From an uncultured Clostridia bacterium (GTDB lineage: Bacteria > Bacillota > Clostridia > Christensenellales > UBA1242): a stretch of 64,000 nucleotides of DNA. The DNA is taken from contig CANPYI010000004.1 of the NCBI GenBank assembly GCA_947588355.1, forward strand, positions 1,244-65,243, written 5' to 3'. Below are positions 17,258 to 28,534 of this stretch, one piece after another. The first letter of the stretch is position 1. Each line of letters begins with the position of its first letter. The notes below the pieces were generated by a model. The model worked only from the letters and a program-made list of their open reading frames with translations. It did not search any database and was not told the DNA's origin. The position numbers and the translations under genes were made by a program.

Positions 17258-19225
17258 TTACTCAAGCATTTTCAAAATGTCGCTTTCAGAAATAATTTCC
17301 ACGCCCAAAGTTTTTGCTTTTTCAAGTTTGCTGCCCGCTTCCTCGCCCGCCAAAACAAAGGTTGTGTTTTTGGAAACGCTTGAAGAAGTTTTTCCGCCGT
17401 TTTCCTCAATCAATTTTGTCATTTCGGGTCTGGAATAGTTTGGCAAAGTGCCCGTCAAAACAAAAGTAAGGCCTTCAAGTTTGTCCGATTGTGCATTTTG
17501 TTGTTTTTGAATTTTCACTCCAACCGACAAAAGTCGTTCAATTTCCTTCAAATTGTTTTCGTTTTCAAAATAGTCCACAATATTTTGTGCAATAACTTCG
17601 CCAATGTCCTCAATGCCGTCCACTTGCTCAAAATTTGCACTTTGCAAAGATGACAAATCTTTGAAAGTTTTTGCCAAGTCTTTTGCGGTTTTAGTTCCGA
17701 CTTCGCTTATGCCAAGAGCAAAAATAAAGCGTGAAAAATCGATGTTTTTGGAACGTTCAAGACTGTCCAAAACATTTTGTGCTTTTTTGTCTGCAAACTT
17801 TTCAAGCCCGACAAGTTGCTGTTTTGTCAAGTGATACAAATCTGAATAGTGACGAAGATTTAGGTCGTCATAAAACTGAATAATAGTTTTTTCAGAAAGT
17901 CCTTCAATATCAAACGCCTCTCGCGAACAAAAATGAGTGAGCCTTGCCACAACTTGTTGTTTGCAGCCATAGTAATTTGTGCAAAACACAAGAGGACCCT
18001 TTTTGACAAGTTTTTCGCCACAACATGGACAAAAGTTTGGCTCGTCAATCTCTTTTGAATTTTCCAATTTTTCCGCCAGTCCCAAAACCTCTGGAATCAC
18101 CTCGTTTGAGCGGCGAATAAAAACACGACTGTTAAGGTACACATTCTTTTTACGAATATCTTCAATATTGTTTAATGTCGCACGCTGAATTGTTGCCCCT
18201 GCAAGTTCCACAGGCTCAAGAATGGCAGTTGGCGAAACTTTTCCTGTTCTGCCAACCTGCCAAACAACATCTTTCAGCAAGGTGGAAACCTCTTCTGCCT
18301 CAAACTTGTATGCCACCGCCCATTTTGGAAACTTGTTTGTGTAGCCAATTTCTTCGCGCGGAGCAACTTGATTTAGTTTTATCACCACACCGTCAATCAT
18401 AACATCAAGTTTGTTTTTGACTTCATCAATATGGTTTATTATCTTCATTGCCTCATCTTTGGTTTTTACAATTTCAAAAAAATCGCCCGTTTTGAAGCCA
18501 TTTTCCGCCAAAAAATTGTGCATGTCTTGTTGTGAAGCAAATTTTTTGCCCTCGCAAAGCAAAATCGCATAGCAAAAATAATCCAAATTTCTGCGTGCAG
18601 TTTCCTTTGGATCAAGATTTCTTATCGCGCCCGCAACTCCGTTTCTCGGATTTTTAAGTGGCTCACTGGCTGTCTTGTTGTATTTTTTGAACGCCGAGTT
18701 TGTCATCATGCCCTCGCCTTGCAAAATAAGCCTGCCCTTGAAGGGGATTTCCAGCGGAACGCTTTTGATTGTCTTGACCTGCTCTGTCACATCTTCACCA
18801 ATTTCTCCATTTCCGCGAGTGGTGGCAGAAACAAATTTGCCGTTTTGATATTCAGTGACAATGGTCAGCCCGTCAAATTTGTACTCCACAGCAAAAGAGG
18901 CGTCTTTGACCGCTTTTTGCATATCGGCAAAAAAATCAGAAAGTTCTTCGTCCGAACGCACCTTGTTCATGGAATAAAGCCTGACTTCATGGCGTTTTTT
19001 GACAAATTTGTCCAAAACATCTCCACCAACACGCTGAGTTGGAGAGTTTGGCAAAATTACGCCAGTTTCTTTTTCCAAATCCACAAGTTCATAGTACAAC
19101 TTGTCGTATTCTTTGTCTGAAATTGTTGGATTGTCAAGTTCGTAATAGTTTTTGTTGTGAAAAAGCACTTCGTCAACAAGTTTTTTCATTCGCTCTAATT
19201 TTTTGTCAAGGTCGCTCATCTTCAA
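17258..19225 (-). CDS. ligA: NAD-dependent DNA ligase
   Basis: 655 aa with adenylation motif EYKFDGL, a Zn finger CPCCGEKLV...C..C, HhH and BRCT regions. Confidence 0.97.
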   Translation of the reverse strand: MKMSDLDKKLERMKKLVDEVLFHNKNYYELDNPTISDKEYDKLYYELVDLEKETGVILPNSPTQRVGGDVLDKFVKKRHEVRLYSMNKVRSDEELSDFFADMQKAVKDASFAVEYKFDGLTIVTEYQNGKFVSATTRGNGEIGEDVTEQVKTIKSVPLEIPFKGRLILQGEGMMTNSAFKKYNKTASEPLKNPRNGVAGAIRNLDPKETARRNLDYFCYAILLCEGKKFASQQDMHNFLAENGFKTGDFFEIVKTKDEAMKIINHIDEVKNKLDVMIDGVVIKLNQVAPREEIGYTNKFPKWAVAYKFEAEEVSTLLKDVVWQVGRTGKVSPTAILEPVELAGATIQRATLNNIEDIRKKNVYLNSRVFIRRSNEVIPEVLGLAEKLENSKEIDEPNFCPCCGEKLVKKGPLVFCTNYYGCKQQVVARLTHFCSREAFDIEGLSEKTIIQFYDDLNLRHYSDLYHLTKQQLVGLEKFADKKAQNVLDSLERSKNIDFSRFIFALGISEVGTKTAKDLAKTFKDLSSLQSANFEQVDGIEDIGEVIAQNIVDYFENENNLKEIERLLSVGVKIQKQQNAQSDKLEGLTFVLTGTLPNYSRPEMTKLIEENGGKTSSSVSKNTTFVLAGEEAGSKLEKAKTLGVEIISESDILKMLE

Positions 19226-21336
19226 TCCTCCAATTTTTCGAGTTTTGCTATATTAAGCATCAAACTTTTCTTTCCAACCGAGTCAAACAAAATGTCCGCC
19301 ACAAGCCCGTCCGATGATATATCTTCAATTCGGCCTTCTCCAAAACGTGAGTGAAATATCTTGTCACCAATTTCAAAGCCACTTTCAAAAACTTCCGTTT
19401 TCTCATTTTGCACAAAGTCATTTGAAATAATTTTTGTGCGTCTTCTGTCAACAATGCCAAGTTCGGACAAAAATCTGCTAGGTGCTTGCGGATTTGACTT
19501 TCCATACACATATCGCTTTGCGGTGTAGGAAAGATAAATTTTCTCCTCTGCCCTTGTGATTGCCACGTACATCAGCCTGCGTTCTTCCTCCATTTCTTCA
19601 CTTGAAAATGCGGCACGCGAAAGAGGAAAAATGCCTTCTTCCAAGCCAACAACAAACACAATCTTAAATTCCAAGCCTTTGACAGAGTGTATTGTGGACA
19701 AAGTCACAACTCCGCCCTCCTGAATCTCATCGCTGTCGGTTTTGAGCATAACCTCTGCCAAATAGTCCGAAAGTGAGGCATCTTTGTTATCTTCGCAGTA
19801 TTCCGAAACGCCGGAAAGCAAACTGCTGATATTGCCAAGCCTTTCAATAGCCTCGTCATCTTTTCCGCCATACGCGAGGTCTATTTCAAAAGACGTAATC
19901 ACTTTTTTGACAAATTCAACAAGACTCATTTTGTCAATTTTTTTCTTTAAATCAGCATAATTTGTCACAAATTTTTCAAGTTTTGCATAAAACTTTGACA
20001 ATTTGAATTTGTCCGACAAAAGATATTGTAAAAGATGTTGCTCACCTGCTTCTTGCAAAAGATTTTGAATGGCAACTTCTCCTATTCCACGCTTTGGAAA
20101 GTTTATTATCTTCAAAAGTGAAATATCGTCTTTTTCATTTACAAAAATGGAAAGATAGGACAAAATCATGCGAATTTCCGCACGGTCATAAAACTTGAAG
20201 CCGCCATACAGTTTGTATGGAATTTGAAAACTCATAAGTCCTTCTTCCAACGCCCGTGAAAGTGCATTCACACGCATAAGCACGGCAAAGTCGCTGAAAG
20301 AATATCCCTCACAACAAAGGTCCGCAATCGTCTTTGCCACAAAAAGAGCCTCGTCACGCTCATCAAAAGCCGAATAAACAACCGGCCCATCACCCTCGTC
20401 TTTTTCTGTCCAAAGTTTTTTCTCCAAACGCTCCTTATTGTTTTGAATGACATTGTTTGCCAAATTTAAGATATTTTTTGTCGAACGATAGTTGCGTTCA
20501 AGTTTAAACACTTTCACATCAGGAAAATCATTTTTGAGATTGAAAATATTGTGAAAATTTGCTCCCCGCCAAGAATAAATGCACTGGTCCTCGTCACCAA
20601 CAACAAACAAATTTCCGTGCACGCTTGCCAAAAGTTTGACAAGTTTGTATTGGACAAGATTGGTGTCCTGAAATTCGTCAACCAAAATATATTCAAAACG
20701 CTGAGCATATTTGTTTAAAACATCTTTGTAATTATGAAAAAGAAAAAGAGTTTTGTTCAGCAAATCGTCAAAGTCCAAAGCATTGTTTTTGCACAAATAT
20801 TCCTCATATTCGTGGCAAACTTTTTTGTAAATGAGCAAATTTTTGTTTCGATCAAATTCAGCAAGTGCATCAAAATATTCGTCTATATCAAGACCTTTGT
20901 TTTTCAAATTTTCGAGGTGGTTTGCAACTTTTTCTTTCTCGTCTTCATCAACGCCATTTTTTTCGAGCAAGTCTTTGAGTATTTTGTTTTTGTCATTTTC
21001 TGCAATAATAGTAAAATGTTTGTCAAAGCCGTCAAGTCTGTCGATGTTTTCTCGTAAAATTCTGACACACATGCTGTGAAAAGTGGAAATCCAAACTCCT
21101 CTGTCGCACATCGCAGAAACGCGTTCTTTCATCTCGTTGGTTGCTTTGTTTGTGAACGTTATTGCCAAAATATTGTAAGGTGATACGCCTTTTTCTTGAA
21201 TAAGATAACAAATTCGATGGGTCAGCAACCTAGTTTTGCCGCTTCCGGCCCCGGCGGTCACCAAAACAACACCCTCGGTTGAAAAAAGGGCGTCTTTTTG
21301 CTGCTGATTTAAACTATTCAAATCGTATCCACTCAT
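19222..21336 (-). CDS. pcrA: ATP-dependent DNA helicase PcrA/UvrD
   Basis: 704 aa with Walker A AGAGSGKT, DEFQDT and VGDEDQCIYSWRGA motifs; overlaps ligA by 4 nt. Confidence 0.95.
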   Translation of the reverse strand: MSGYDLNSLNQQQKDALFSTEGVVLVTAGAGSGKTRLLTHRICYLIQEKGVSPYNILAITFTNKATNEMKERVSAMCDRGVWISTFHSMCVRILRENIDRLDGFDKHFTIIAENDKNKILKDLLEKNGVDEDEKEKVANHLENLKNKGLDIDEYFDALAEFDRNKNLLIYKKVCHEYEEYLCKNNALDFDDLLNKTLFLFHNYKDVLNKYAQRFEYILVDEFQDTNLVQYKLVKLLASVHGNLFVVGDEDQCIYSWRGANFHNIFNLKNDFPDVKVFKLERNYRSTKNILNLANNVIQNNKERLEKKLWTEKDEGDGPVVYSAFDERDEALFVAKTIADLCCEGYSFSDFAVLMRVNALSRALEEGLMSFQIPYKLYGGFKFYDRAEIRMILSYLSIFVNEKDDISLLKIINFPKRGIGEVAIQNLLQEAGEQHLLQYLLSDKFKLSKFYAKLEKFVTNYADLKKKIDKMSLVEFVKKVITSFEIDLAYGGKDDEAIERLGNISSLLSGVSEYCEDNKDASLSDYLAEVMLKTDSDEIQEGGVVTLSTIHSVKGLEFKIVFVVGLEEGIFPLSRAAFSSEEMEEERRLMYVAITRAEEKIYLSYTAKRYVYGKSNPQAPSRFLSELGIVDRRRTKIISNDFVQNEKTEVFESGFEIGDKIFHSRFGEGRIEDISSDGLVADILFDSVGKKSLMLNIAKLEKLED

Positions 21337-21402
21337 ATTGATTATATTATCACATCTTGTCCAATTTTTGCAAAAGAAAAAACACGAAATTCGTGTTTTG
21401 AC

Positions 21403-21597
21403 TTATCCTCTTTTTCTTGCGCGCTTTCTTGCTTGCTCGCTTTTCTTCTTTTTTGCAACGCTTGGTTTATCGTAGGCTTCTTTCTTTCTTATATCGCCAA
21501 TAATGCCGTCTTTTTGGCATTTTCTTTTAAAACGTTTCAAAGCGCTTTCCAAACTTTCGTTTTCACCAACCTTAACTGTCGTCAACTTTCTCACCAC
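21403..21597 (-). CDS. rpsU: 30S ribosomal protein S21
   Basis: 64 aa; [19 protein letters not shown] is typical of S21. Confidence 0.93.
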   Translation of the reverse strand: MVRKLTTVKVGENESLESALKRFKRKCQKDGIIGDIRKKEAYDKPSVAKKKKSEQARKRARKRG

Positions 21598-21666
21598 CTT
21601 TCAAGGTCAAAATTCTTTGAAATTATACAATTTTAATGTGTTTTTGTCAAGTATTTGTCACAAAAT

Positions 21667-22920
21667 TTATTTCAAATCCACCAAAGCGCCATTTTTGAAA
21701 GGTCTGAAATTTGTAACTTCAACAATGTCGCCCGCCTTGAAATTGCCCTCAACAAAACATTTTATATAGTTTTCTGAATATCCTTCACAGTATTTTCCAT
21801 TTTTTTGTTCAATCAGCACTTTTGCCGTTTTGTTTTGCAAAATAAATTGGTTTTTAAGTTGTGTACCAACTTCTTCCAATTTTTTCAACCTTTGTGTCTT
21901 TATTTTTCCGGACAAATCTTTGTAGAGTTTTGATGCCACAGTGCCGTCACGTTTTGAATATGGAAATATGTGCAACTGTGAAAATTTGACTTTTTTGACA
22001 AAATTTAAGGTGTCCTGAAAATCTTCTTCCGTTTCGGTTGGAAATCCAACAATAATATCTGTCGTTATGCCGGCAAGCGGAAAATATTTTCGGATAAGAT
22101 TGATGCTGTTTTCAAATTCTGCCGTCGTGTAGTGTCGGTTCATTTTTTTCAAAACGCTGTCGCACCCACTCTGCAAAGAAAGATGAAAATGAGGACAAAA
22201 GTTGTTTAAAGATGCAAGTTGTTTCAAAAAATCCTCATCAATCAAACTGTCTTCAAGAGAGGAAAGCCTCAGCCTTTTGTCAAATTTGTCCAAGTGCGTC
22301 AGCAATGTTCCAAGTCCTTTTTGCCCGTCAATCTTATAGTCTGAAACATCAATGCCAACAACAACAACCTCTTTGACGCTGTCTGGCAATTTTGACACTT
22401 CATTTTCTATGCTTTGCACACTTCGAGAACGACTTCTTCCACGAAGATATGGAATGATACAATATGTACAAAATCGGTCACAACCATCTTGCACTTTGAC
22501 AAATGCCCTTGAAAGAGTTTGTGCCGAAAACAAGTCGTCTTCATATTCCTTTTTGACCTGAAAATCGGACTTAATCAATCCCTCGCCTTGCATTTTGTCG
22601 ATTTGTTCAAGCACTTTTTTCTTGCTGTATGTTCCGCCGATATAACTTACTCCTTTGCCCTCAAATTGAGCAGGCCTGTTTTGACTTGCACAACCAAGCA
22701 CAAAAATTTTTGCGTTTGGATTGAACTTTCTTGCCCTTTCAAGCATTTGGCGGCTTTTCTTTTCCGCCTCGTTTGTGACAGCGCAAGTGTTGACAATATA
22801 TGCGTCTGCAAATTGCAAACTGTCCACTGCTTCATATCCTTTTTGTTGCAATTCAAAAATGAGAGCATCGCTCTCATATTTGTTTACTTTGCAACCTAAA
22901 GTCAAAACAGCAATTTTCAT
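21667..22920 (-). CDS. mtaB: tRNA methylthiotransferase, MtaB/YqeV type (radical SAM)
   Basis: UPF0004 N-terminal domain plus radical-SAM CDRFCTYC. Synteny dnaJ-rsmE-mtaB as in the B. subtilis yqeU-yqeV region. Confidence 0.85.
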   Translation of the reverse strand: MKIAVLTLGCKVNKYESDALIFELQQKGYEAVDSLQFADAYIVNTCAVTNEAEKKSRQMLERARKFNPNAKIFVLGCASQNRPAQFEGKGVSYIGGTYSKKKVLEQIDKMQGEGLIKSDFQVKKEYEDDLFSAQTLSRAFVKVQDGCDRFCTYCIIPYLRGRSRSRSVQSIENEVSKLPDSVKEVVVVGIDVSDYKIDGQKGLGTLLTHLDKFDKRLRLSSLEDSLIDEDFLKQLASLNNFCPHFHLSLQSGCDSVLKKMNRHYTTAEFENSINLIRKYFPLAGITTDIIVGFPTETEEDFQDTLNFVKKVKFSQLHIFPYSKRDGTVASKLYKDLSGKIKTQRLKKLEEVGTQLKNQFILQNKTAKVLIEQKNGKYCEGYSENYIKCFVEGNFKAGDIVEVTNFRPFKNGALVDLK

Positions 22921-22928
22921 ACTTTTTC

Positions 22929-23633
22929 CTAATTTTCGCTTAAAATAGAAACCAAACTCATCATGGCAACACTGGCAGTTTCGGCACGCAAAATACGTTT
23001 TCCAAGGCTGACTGTTGTTGCACCGGCAGATGTGAATTTGTCTTTTTCTTTGGCATCAAATCCGCCCTCACTTCCAACAATAACAGCAATATTTTGTGCT
23101 TTTTTCAAATCTTTTGCTTTATCACTTTTTTCGGCACGTTCGTTGGCAAAAAGCACAACATCAAAATCTTTAAAAGACTGCAAAACTTCGTCAAAAGTTT
23201 TCACATTTTCAATTTTTGGAGGAATTGTGCGTTCACACTGTTTGCAAGCATTCACAGCAATAGTGTTGAGTCTGTCGATCTTGTTTTCATCAACTTTTGC
23301 AATAACATGTTGACTGACAAATGGCACAATTTTGCTGACACCAATCTCAGTGGCTTTTTGGACAATAAATTCAAATTTGTCACGTTTTGTGATTGCCTGA
23401 AAAAGCACGATATTTTTTCTTGGATTTCCAGCACAAACTTTTTTGCCAATGATTTGACAAATCGCACGACGTTTTTCCAAAGCACGCACCTCGCAAGCAT
23501 ATTCGTTTTCGTCGCCAAGCGACACCAAAATTTCTGCACCAACACCAAGTCTGAGCACATTTTTAAGATGATTGAATTCATCGCCTTCCAAAACAACTTG
23601 TCCATCTTCTTGTTTGCCAAAAAATCTTCTCAT
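22929..23633 (-). CDS. rsmE: 16S rRNA (uracil1498-N3) methyltransferase RsmE
   Basis: Internal start MRRFFG behind GGAGG. PUA-like N-terminus and SPOUT C-terminus (VIVGSEGGF, LGKRILRAETA). Confidence 0.88.
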   Translation of the reverse strand: MRRFFGKQEDGQVVLEGDEFNHLKNVLRLGVGAEILVSLGDENEYACEVRALEKRRAICQIIGKKVCAGNPRKNIVLFQAITKRDKFEFIVQKATEIGVSKIVPFVSQHVIAKVDENKIDRLNTIAVNACKQCERTIPPKIENVKTFDEVLQSFKDFDVVLFANERAEKSDKAKDLKKAQNIAVIVGSEGGFDAKEKDKFTSAGATTVSLGKRILRAETASVAMMSLVSILSEN

Positions 23634-23737
23634 AACTCCTCCGTTATATGCATTATTGTACACCAATGATTTCAAAAAAACAAATTTTTTGCAAAGATTG
23701 TCAAAACAAAAATAAAAAACAGCAAAAGAGCCGTTTT

Positions 23738-24877
23738 TTATTGTAAATTGTTCATTTTTCCTTTAAATTCCTTAACTTTTGGAAAATCATTTTCATCAAA
23801 TTTGTTGTCAAGGTCTTTCAGAATGTCGCGCGCTTTTTTGGTGAGATTTTTTGGCACTTCGCTTTTGATTGTCACCAAAATATCGCCATAAGCGTCACGA
23901 TTAAGCACTTTCACACCCTTGCCTTTCACACGCACAACTGTGCCGTTCAGCGTGCCAGGTTCAAGGTCGATTGTTTTTCTGCCTTTTGTAAGCGGAATTT
24001 CGATTTTTCCGCCCATAAGACAAGTGGTAAAAGGTACATACAAATCAAACAGCAAGTCCGTGCCGACACGCTTGAAAATAGGATGTTGTGCAACCATCAC
24101 TTTGATGTTTAAATCGCCAGCAATTCCTTGACCAGCAGGGCCATTGCCTTCCCCTCGCATACGAATAGTTTGACCGTCGTCAATGCCGGCGGGAACTTTC
24201 ACACGCACTTGTGCAGGAACTTTTTTGCAACCTTTTCCGCCACATTCTTCACAGCGCTCTTTAATCATTTTGCCTGTGCCATTGCAACGAGGACAAACAG
24301 TCTCACGAATAGTTGTGCCAAAAACGGTGTTTTGCTGAATACGTACTCTTCCCATGCCCTTACAATCAGGACAGGTGGTGAATTCTTTGCCGTTTTTCGC
24401 TCCCGTGCCATTACATTTTTTGCACGTTTCAATGCGGTTGAAGGAAATAAGTTTTTCCACACCAAAAACTGCCTCATCAAAAGAAAGACGCATGGAGATG
24501 TTTATGTCCTCACCCCTTTCTTGCACGCGAGAGCCTCTTGCTCCGCCACCGCCAAAAGCGGAAAAAATATCCGAAAAAATATCCGAAAACCCACCAAAGC
24601 CGCCGCCGGCACCATTAAAGAAATCGCCAAAGCCACCGGCACCGCCCTGAAATTGAGGGCCGTCGGCCGAGCCATATTGGTCATAATTGGCACGTTTTTT
24701 CTCGTCGCCCAAAACCTCATATGCCTCGTTTATTTCTTTAAATTTTTCAGCAGCCTCAGGTGTTTTGTTAAGGTCAGGGTGATATTTTTTTGCAAGGCGA
24801 CGATATGCAGACTTGATTTCGTCTGCATCTGCGCCCTTGCTCACCCCCAAAATTTCATAATAATCTTTGCCTGCCAT
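23738..24877 (-). CDS. dnaJ: chaperone DnaJ
   Basis: J domain with HPD, G/F region, four CxxCxGxG repeats. Confidence 0.97.
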   Translation of the reverse strand: MAGKDYYEILGVSKGADADEIKSAYRRLAKKYHPDLNKTPEAAEKFKEINEAYEVLGDEKKRANYDQYGSADGPQFQGGAGGFGDFFNGAGGGFGGFSDIFSDIFSAFGGGGARGSRVQERGEDINISMRLSFDEAVFGVEKLISFNRIETCKKCNGTGAKNGKEFTTCPDCKGMGRVRIQQNTVFGTTIRETVCPRCNGTGKMIKERCEECGGKGCKKVPAQVRVKVPAGIDDGQTIRMRGEGNGPAGQGIAGDLNIKVMVAQHPIFKRVGTDLLFDLYVPFTTCLMGGKIEIPLTKGRKTIDLEPGTLNGTVVRVKGKGVKVLNRDAYGDILVTIKSEVPKNLTKKARDILKDLDNKFDENDFPKVKEFKGKMNNLQ

Positions 24878-24962
24878 GAATTTGTCCTTATTTTTTTAAC
24901 AATTTTTTTTGAAAATTTGACAAAAACACGTTTTTTTACGTTTTTTGACTTAATTTGAAACT

Positions 24963-26795
24963 TTATTCAATAGTGACATCAGGATCATTTCCGTCATTGT
25001 TTGTGCTTGTGTTGTTTCCTGATGTTTCGTTTGTGTTGTTTGCTCCGTTTGGATTGGCGTTTTGATACATCTTTGTGAACACTTCGTTGGAAACTTTTGT
25101 AAGTTCGTCAAGTTCTTTCTTGATAACTTCTATGTCGTCACTTTCAAACTCTTTCTTTGCTTTTTCAATCTCGTCTTCCAAGCGTTTTTTGTCCTCAGCG
25201 GAAAGTTTGTCGCCGTTTTCTTTCAACATCTTTTCAAGAGTGTAAACCATGTTGTCGGCATTATTTTTTGTTTCAACAAACTCTTTGCGTTTTTTGTCCT
25301 CTTCTGCGTGAGCTTCTGCCTCTTTGATTGCCCTGTCAATATCTTCCTCTTTAAGATTTGAAGAAGCAGTGATTGTGATGTTTTGCTCCTTGTTTGTGCC
25401 AAGGTCTTTGGCAGAAACTTTCACAATGCCGTTGGCATCGATATCAAAAGTAACTTCAATTTGAGGAACACCGCGTGGAGCAGGTGGAATATCAGAAAGT
25501 TGGAATCTGCCCAAAGTTTTGTTTTGAGCGGCAAATTCGCGTTCGCCTTGCAAAACGTGAATGTCCACGCCTGGTTGATTGTCGGCAGCGGTAGAAAAGA
25601 TTTGAGATTTTTTGGTTGGAATTGTTGTGTTGCGTTCGATAAGTTTTGTAAAGATTCCGCCCATTGTTTCGATACCAAGTGAAAGTGGAGTAACGTCCAA
25701 CAAAAGCACATCTTTAACTTCGCCTGCCAAAACTCCGGCTTGGATTGCAGCACCAACTGCAACACATTCATCTGGATTTATGCCCTTGAATGGCTCTTTG
25801 CCGGTGAATTTTTTGACTGCTTCAACAACTGCAGGAATACGAGTTGAGCCGCCCACCAAAATCACTTTGTCGATTTGAGATGTGGAAAGTTTGGCGTCCT
25901 TAAGCGCTCTTTCGCAGCATTCAATAGTTTCTTTCACCAAATCTTCGGTCAAAGAGTCAAATTTGGCACGAGTGAGTTCACATTCCAAGTGTTTTGGACC
26001 GTTTGCATCAGCAGTTATAAATGGAATAGAAACGTTGACCATTGTTTTTGCAGAAAGGTCAATCTTTGTCTTTTCGGCTTCGTCCTTCAAACGTTGCATT
26101 GCAAGTTTGTCTTTTGAAAGGTCCATTCCACCGTTGCGACTCTTGAATTCCTCAACAAGATAGTCAATAATACGATTGTCAAAGTCATCTCCGCCAAGAC
26201 GAGTGTTTCCGTTTGTGGACAAAACTTCAAACACATTGTCGCCGATTTCCAAAATGGAAACATCGAATGTTCCGCCACCAAGGTCATACACCAAAATTTT
26301 CTGATTTTGATTTTCACCTTTGTCAAGTCCATAAGCAAGTGCGGCAGCAGTAGGCTCGTTGATGATACGCAAAACTTCAAGTCCGGCAATTTTTCCGGCA
26401 TCTTTTGTTGCTTGACGCTGACTGTCATTGAAATATGCAGGCACAGTGATGACTGCTTGTGTCACTTTTCCGCCCAAATAACTTTCTGCATCTGACTTAA
26501 GTTTGGACAAAATCATGGCAGAAATTTCTTGCGGAGAATATTCTTTTCCGCCCATTTTTGCCTTAAAGTTTGTGCCCATTTCGCGTTTGATAGATATAAC
26601 TGTGTTTTCTCCGTTTATGATTGCTTGACGTTTTGCCACTTTTCCGACAAGACGTTCGCCCTCTTTGGTGGTTGCCACAACAGAAGGTGTTGTTCTGTCC
26701 CCCTCTGCGTTTGCAATGACTGTAGGTTTTCCACCTTCCATAACAGCCACGCATGAATTTGTTGTTCCAAGGTCAATTCCGATAATTTTACTCAT
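24963..26795 (-). CDS. dnaK: chaperone DnaK (Hsp70)
   Basis: 610 aa with [10 protein letters not shown] and DLGGGTFD motifs. Confidence 0.98.
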   Translation of the reverse strand: MSKIIGIDLGTTNSCVAVMEGGKPTVIANAEGDRTTPSVVATTKEGERLVGKVAKRQAIINGENTVISIKREMGTNFKAKMGGKEYSPQEISAMILSKLKSDAESYLGGKVTQAVITVPAYFNDSQRQATKDAGKIAGLEVLRIINEPTAAALAYGLDKGENQNQKILVYDLGGGTFDVSILEIGDNVFEVLSTNGNTRLGGDDFDNRIIDYLVEEFKSRNGGMDLSKDKLAMQRLKDEAEKTKIDLSAKTMVNVSIPFITADANGPKHLECELTRAKFDSLTEDLVKETIECCERALKDAKLSTSQIDKVILVGGSTRIPAVVEAVKKFTGKEPFKGINPDECVAVGAAIQAGVLAGEVKDVLLLDVTPLSLGIETMGGIFTKLIERNTTIPTKKSQIFSTAADNQPGVDIHVLQGEREFAAQNKTLGRFQLSDIPPAPRGVPQIEVTFDIDANGIVKVSAKDLGTNKEQNITITASSNLKEEDIDRAIKEAEAHAEEDKKRKEFVETKNNADNMVYTLEKMLKENGDKLSAEDKKRLEDEIEKAKKEFESDDIEVIKKELDELTKVSNEVFTKMYQNANPNGANNTNETSGNNTSTNNDGNDPDVTIE

Positions 26796-26839
26796 TTTTT
26801 TATTCTCCTTTTCTTGTTTTATTTATTTCTTAAGTATTT

Positions 26840-27463
26840 TTATAATTTATTTACAACAACTTTTGAATATCTAAGCACTTTGTCATTCATTGTCCAACCC
26901 GATTGATACTCTTCCAAAATAATGTCATTTTCTTTGCTTTCATCTTTCATGACTGCAATAACATTGTGTAAATGCGGGTCAAATTGCTTGCCAACTGATT
27001 CGATTTTTTGAACATTCAAAGTGGAAAGAGCGGATAAGATTTTTTCTTCTATCATGTTTATTCCCGTCAAAACTTTTTCGTCAGAAACACTTTTCTTTGC
27101 TTCCTTAAAAGCGTCCAAGCATGGCAAAAACACTTCAATCACACTTTTTATGCCCTCCTGCCTTTCTCGGTCAAGTTGCTCTGCAACTCGCTTGCGATAG
27201 TTGTCAAAGTCGGCTTGCAACCGCTGTGCCAAAGCAAGATATTCTGCCGCAAGGTCTTTTTTTGGAGGACAGCCACACGCACAACCGTCTCCGTTTTCTG
27301 CTTGGTCGTGACATGTGCATTCTTCGCATTCGCACTCATCTTCACAGCATTCGCACTCGTTTTGACAATCGCAATCTTCGTGCTGACAAGTTTCTTCTTT
27401 CTTGTCAATTTCACATTCGTGCGTTTGTTTTTCAAAGTTGTCTTGTTTTTCTTTCTTGCCCAT
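26840..27463 (-). CDS. grpE: nucleotide exchange factor GrpE with a Cys-rich N-terminal extension
   Basis: C-terminal 140 aa is a canonical GrpE (LQADFDNYRKR, FDPHLHNVI). Residues 17-65 hold 14 Cys in CxC/CC patterns. Confidence 0.93.
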   Translation of the reverse strand: MGKKEKQDNFEKQTHECEIDKKEETCQHEDCDCQNECECCEDECECEECTCHDQAENGDGCACGCPPKKDLAAEYLALAQRLQADFDNYRKRVAEQLDRERQEGIKSVIEVFLPCLDAFKEAKKSVSDEKVLTGINMIEEKILSALSTLNVQKIESVGKQFDPHLHNVIAVMKDESKENDIILEEYQSGWTMNDKVLRYSKVVVNKL

Positions 27464-27464
27464 T

Positions 27465-28448
27465 TTATTCTCCTTTTTCGTCTGAAAGTTGGTCGATCAC
27501 CACTTTAAGTGCAGAAGCAATACTCAAATAGTCCATTTTTTGCGGGCCAAACACCCCAATAGACGCCACTTGCTTGCCTCCAACCAAAATTGGTGCTTTC
27601 ACTACGGAACATTTGTCATCGTCAATTCTGGCAGAGATACCCTCGTTTTTATCCAAAACTTCAATCAGTTCGTTTTCGTCACTCAGTGTTTTAAGGACTT
27701 TTTTTGCTTCATCGGCAGAAGAATTGTCCACCAAATCCACAACACCCTCGGACTGAACATTCAAAAGTTTTTGTTTGTTTAGCCGCGAAAGTCCCACAAC
27801 AACATTGTCAACAACCGATTGAAAGGCGGAAATTTCGCCATGCATACCTGCCTTAAACTGCTGGATGTTGTCCATCAAAAAGCCCATAGTTTCGCCTTTG
27901 AAATACTTGGTCAAATAATTTGAAGCATCTTCGCAACTTTTGGCATTTGTGGAAATTTCCAACTGCTGAGTGATGTAGCCGTAGTTTGTGCCAATCAAAA
28001 CCATACATTTTTCGCCCAGAAGTGGCACAATCTTAAATTCGTCCAAAATCAAATTTTCAATACCATTCACAAGGACAACTGTCGGATAATTTGTGGCTTT
28101 GCTTATGATTTTTGCAATTCCAGAAACGATTTCGCTGAGATTTTTTGTCCTGTTTTCGATAAGTTGCCTGACCTCTTTCAGTTCGCTGTTTGTTGCTTTG
28201 ACATTTTTAAGCATGTTTTCCACATAAAACCGATAGCCTTGTGCTGTTGGCACCCTCCCGCCAGAAGTATGGAGTTGTTTCAAAAACCCCATAGCCTCCA
28301 AAGCGTTAAGTTCGGAGCGCAGTGTGGCAGTTGAGCAATCAAGAGCGGTCCTATCTTTGACAGAGCCACTTGTGATTGGAGCACTGTCCTTTATAAACTC
28401 CTCAACAGCAATGTTTAAAATTTTGATTTTCCTTTCAGAAAGTTCCAT
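27465..28448 (-). CDS. hrcA: heat-inducible transcription repressor HrcA
   Basis: 327 aa with a winged-helix N-terminus; first gene of the hrcA-grpE-dnaK-dnaJ operon. Confidence 0.93.
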   Translation of the reverse strand: MELSERKIKILNIAVEEFIKDSAPITSGSVKDRTALDCSTATLRSELNALEAMGFLKQLHTSGGRVPTAQGYRFYVENMLKNVKATNSELKEVRQLIENRTKNLSEIVSGIAKIISKATNYPTVVLVNGIENLILDEFKIVPLLGEKCMVLIGTNYGYITQQLEISTNAKSCEDASNYLTKYFKGETMGFLMDNIQQFKAGMHGEISAFQSVVDNVVVGLSRLNKQKLLNVQSEGVVDLVDNSSADEAKKVLKTLSDENELIEVLDKNEGISARIDDDKCSVVKAPILVGGKQVASIGVFGPQKMDYLSIASALKVVIDQLSDEKGE

Positions 28449-28473
28449 AATAACACAACCTTAAACAAGTTTG

Positions 28474-28502
28474 CTAGCACTCTCGACTTGCAAGTGCTAG
28501 CA
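28474..28502. promoter_or_regulatory. CIRCE operator (HrcA binding site)
   Basis: GCTAGCACTC-tcgacttgc-AAGTGCTAGC is a close match to TTAGCACTC-N9-GAGTGCTAA. It lies just downstream of the hrcA promoter -10. Confidence 0.88.
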
Positions 28503-28505
28503 TTA

Positions 28506-28534
28506 TTATATGCACATAAAAAACAAAAGTCAAA
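28506..28534 (-). promoter_or_regulatory. sigma-A type promoter of the hrcA operon
   Basis: Minus strand TTGACT-17 nt-TATAAT. Confidence 0.7.
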
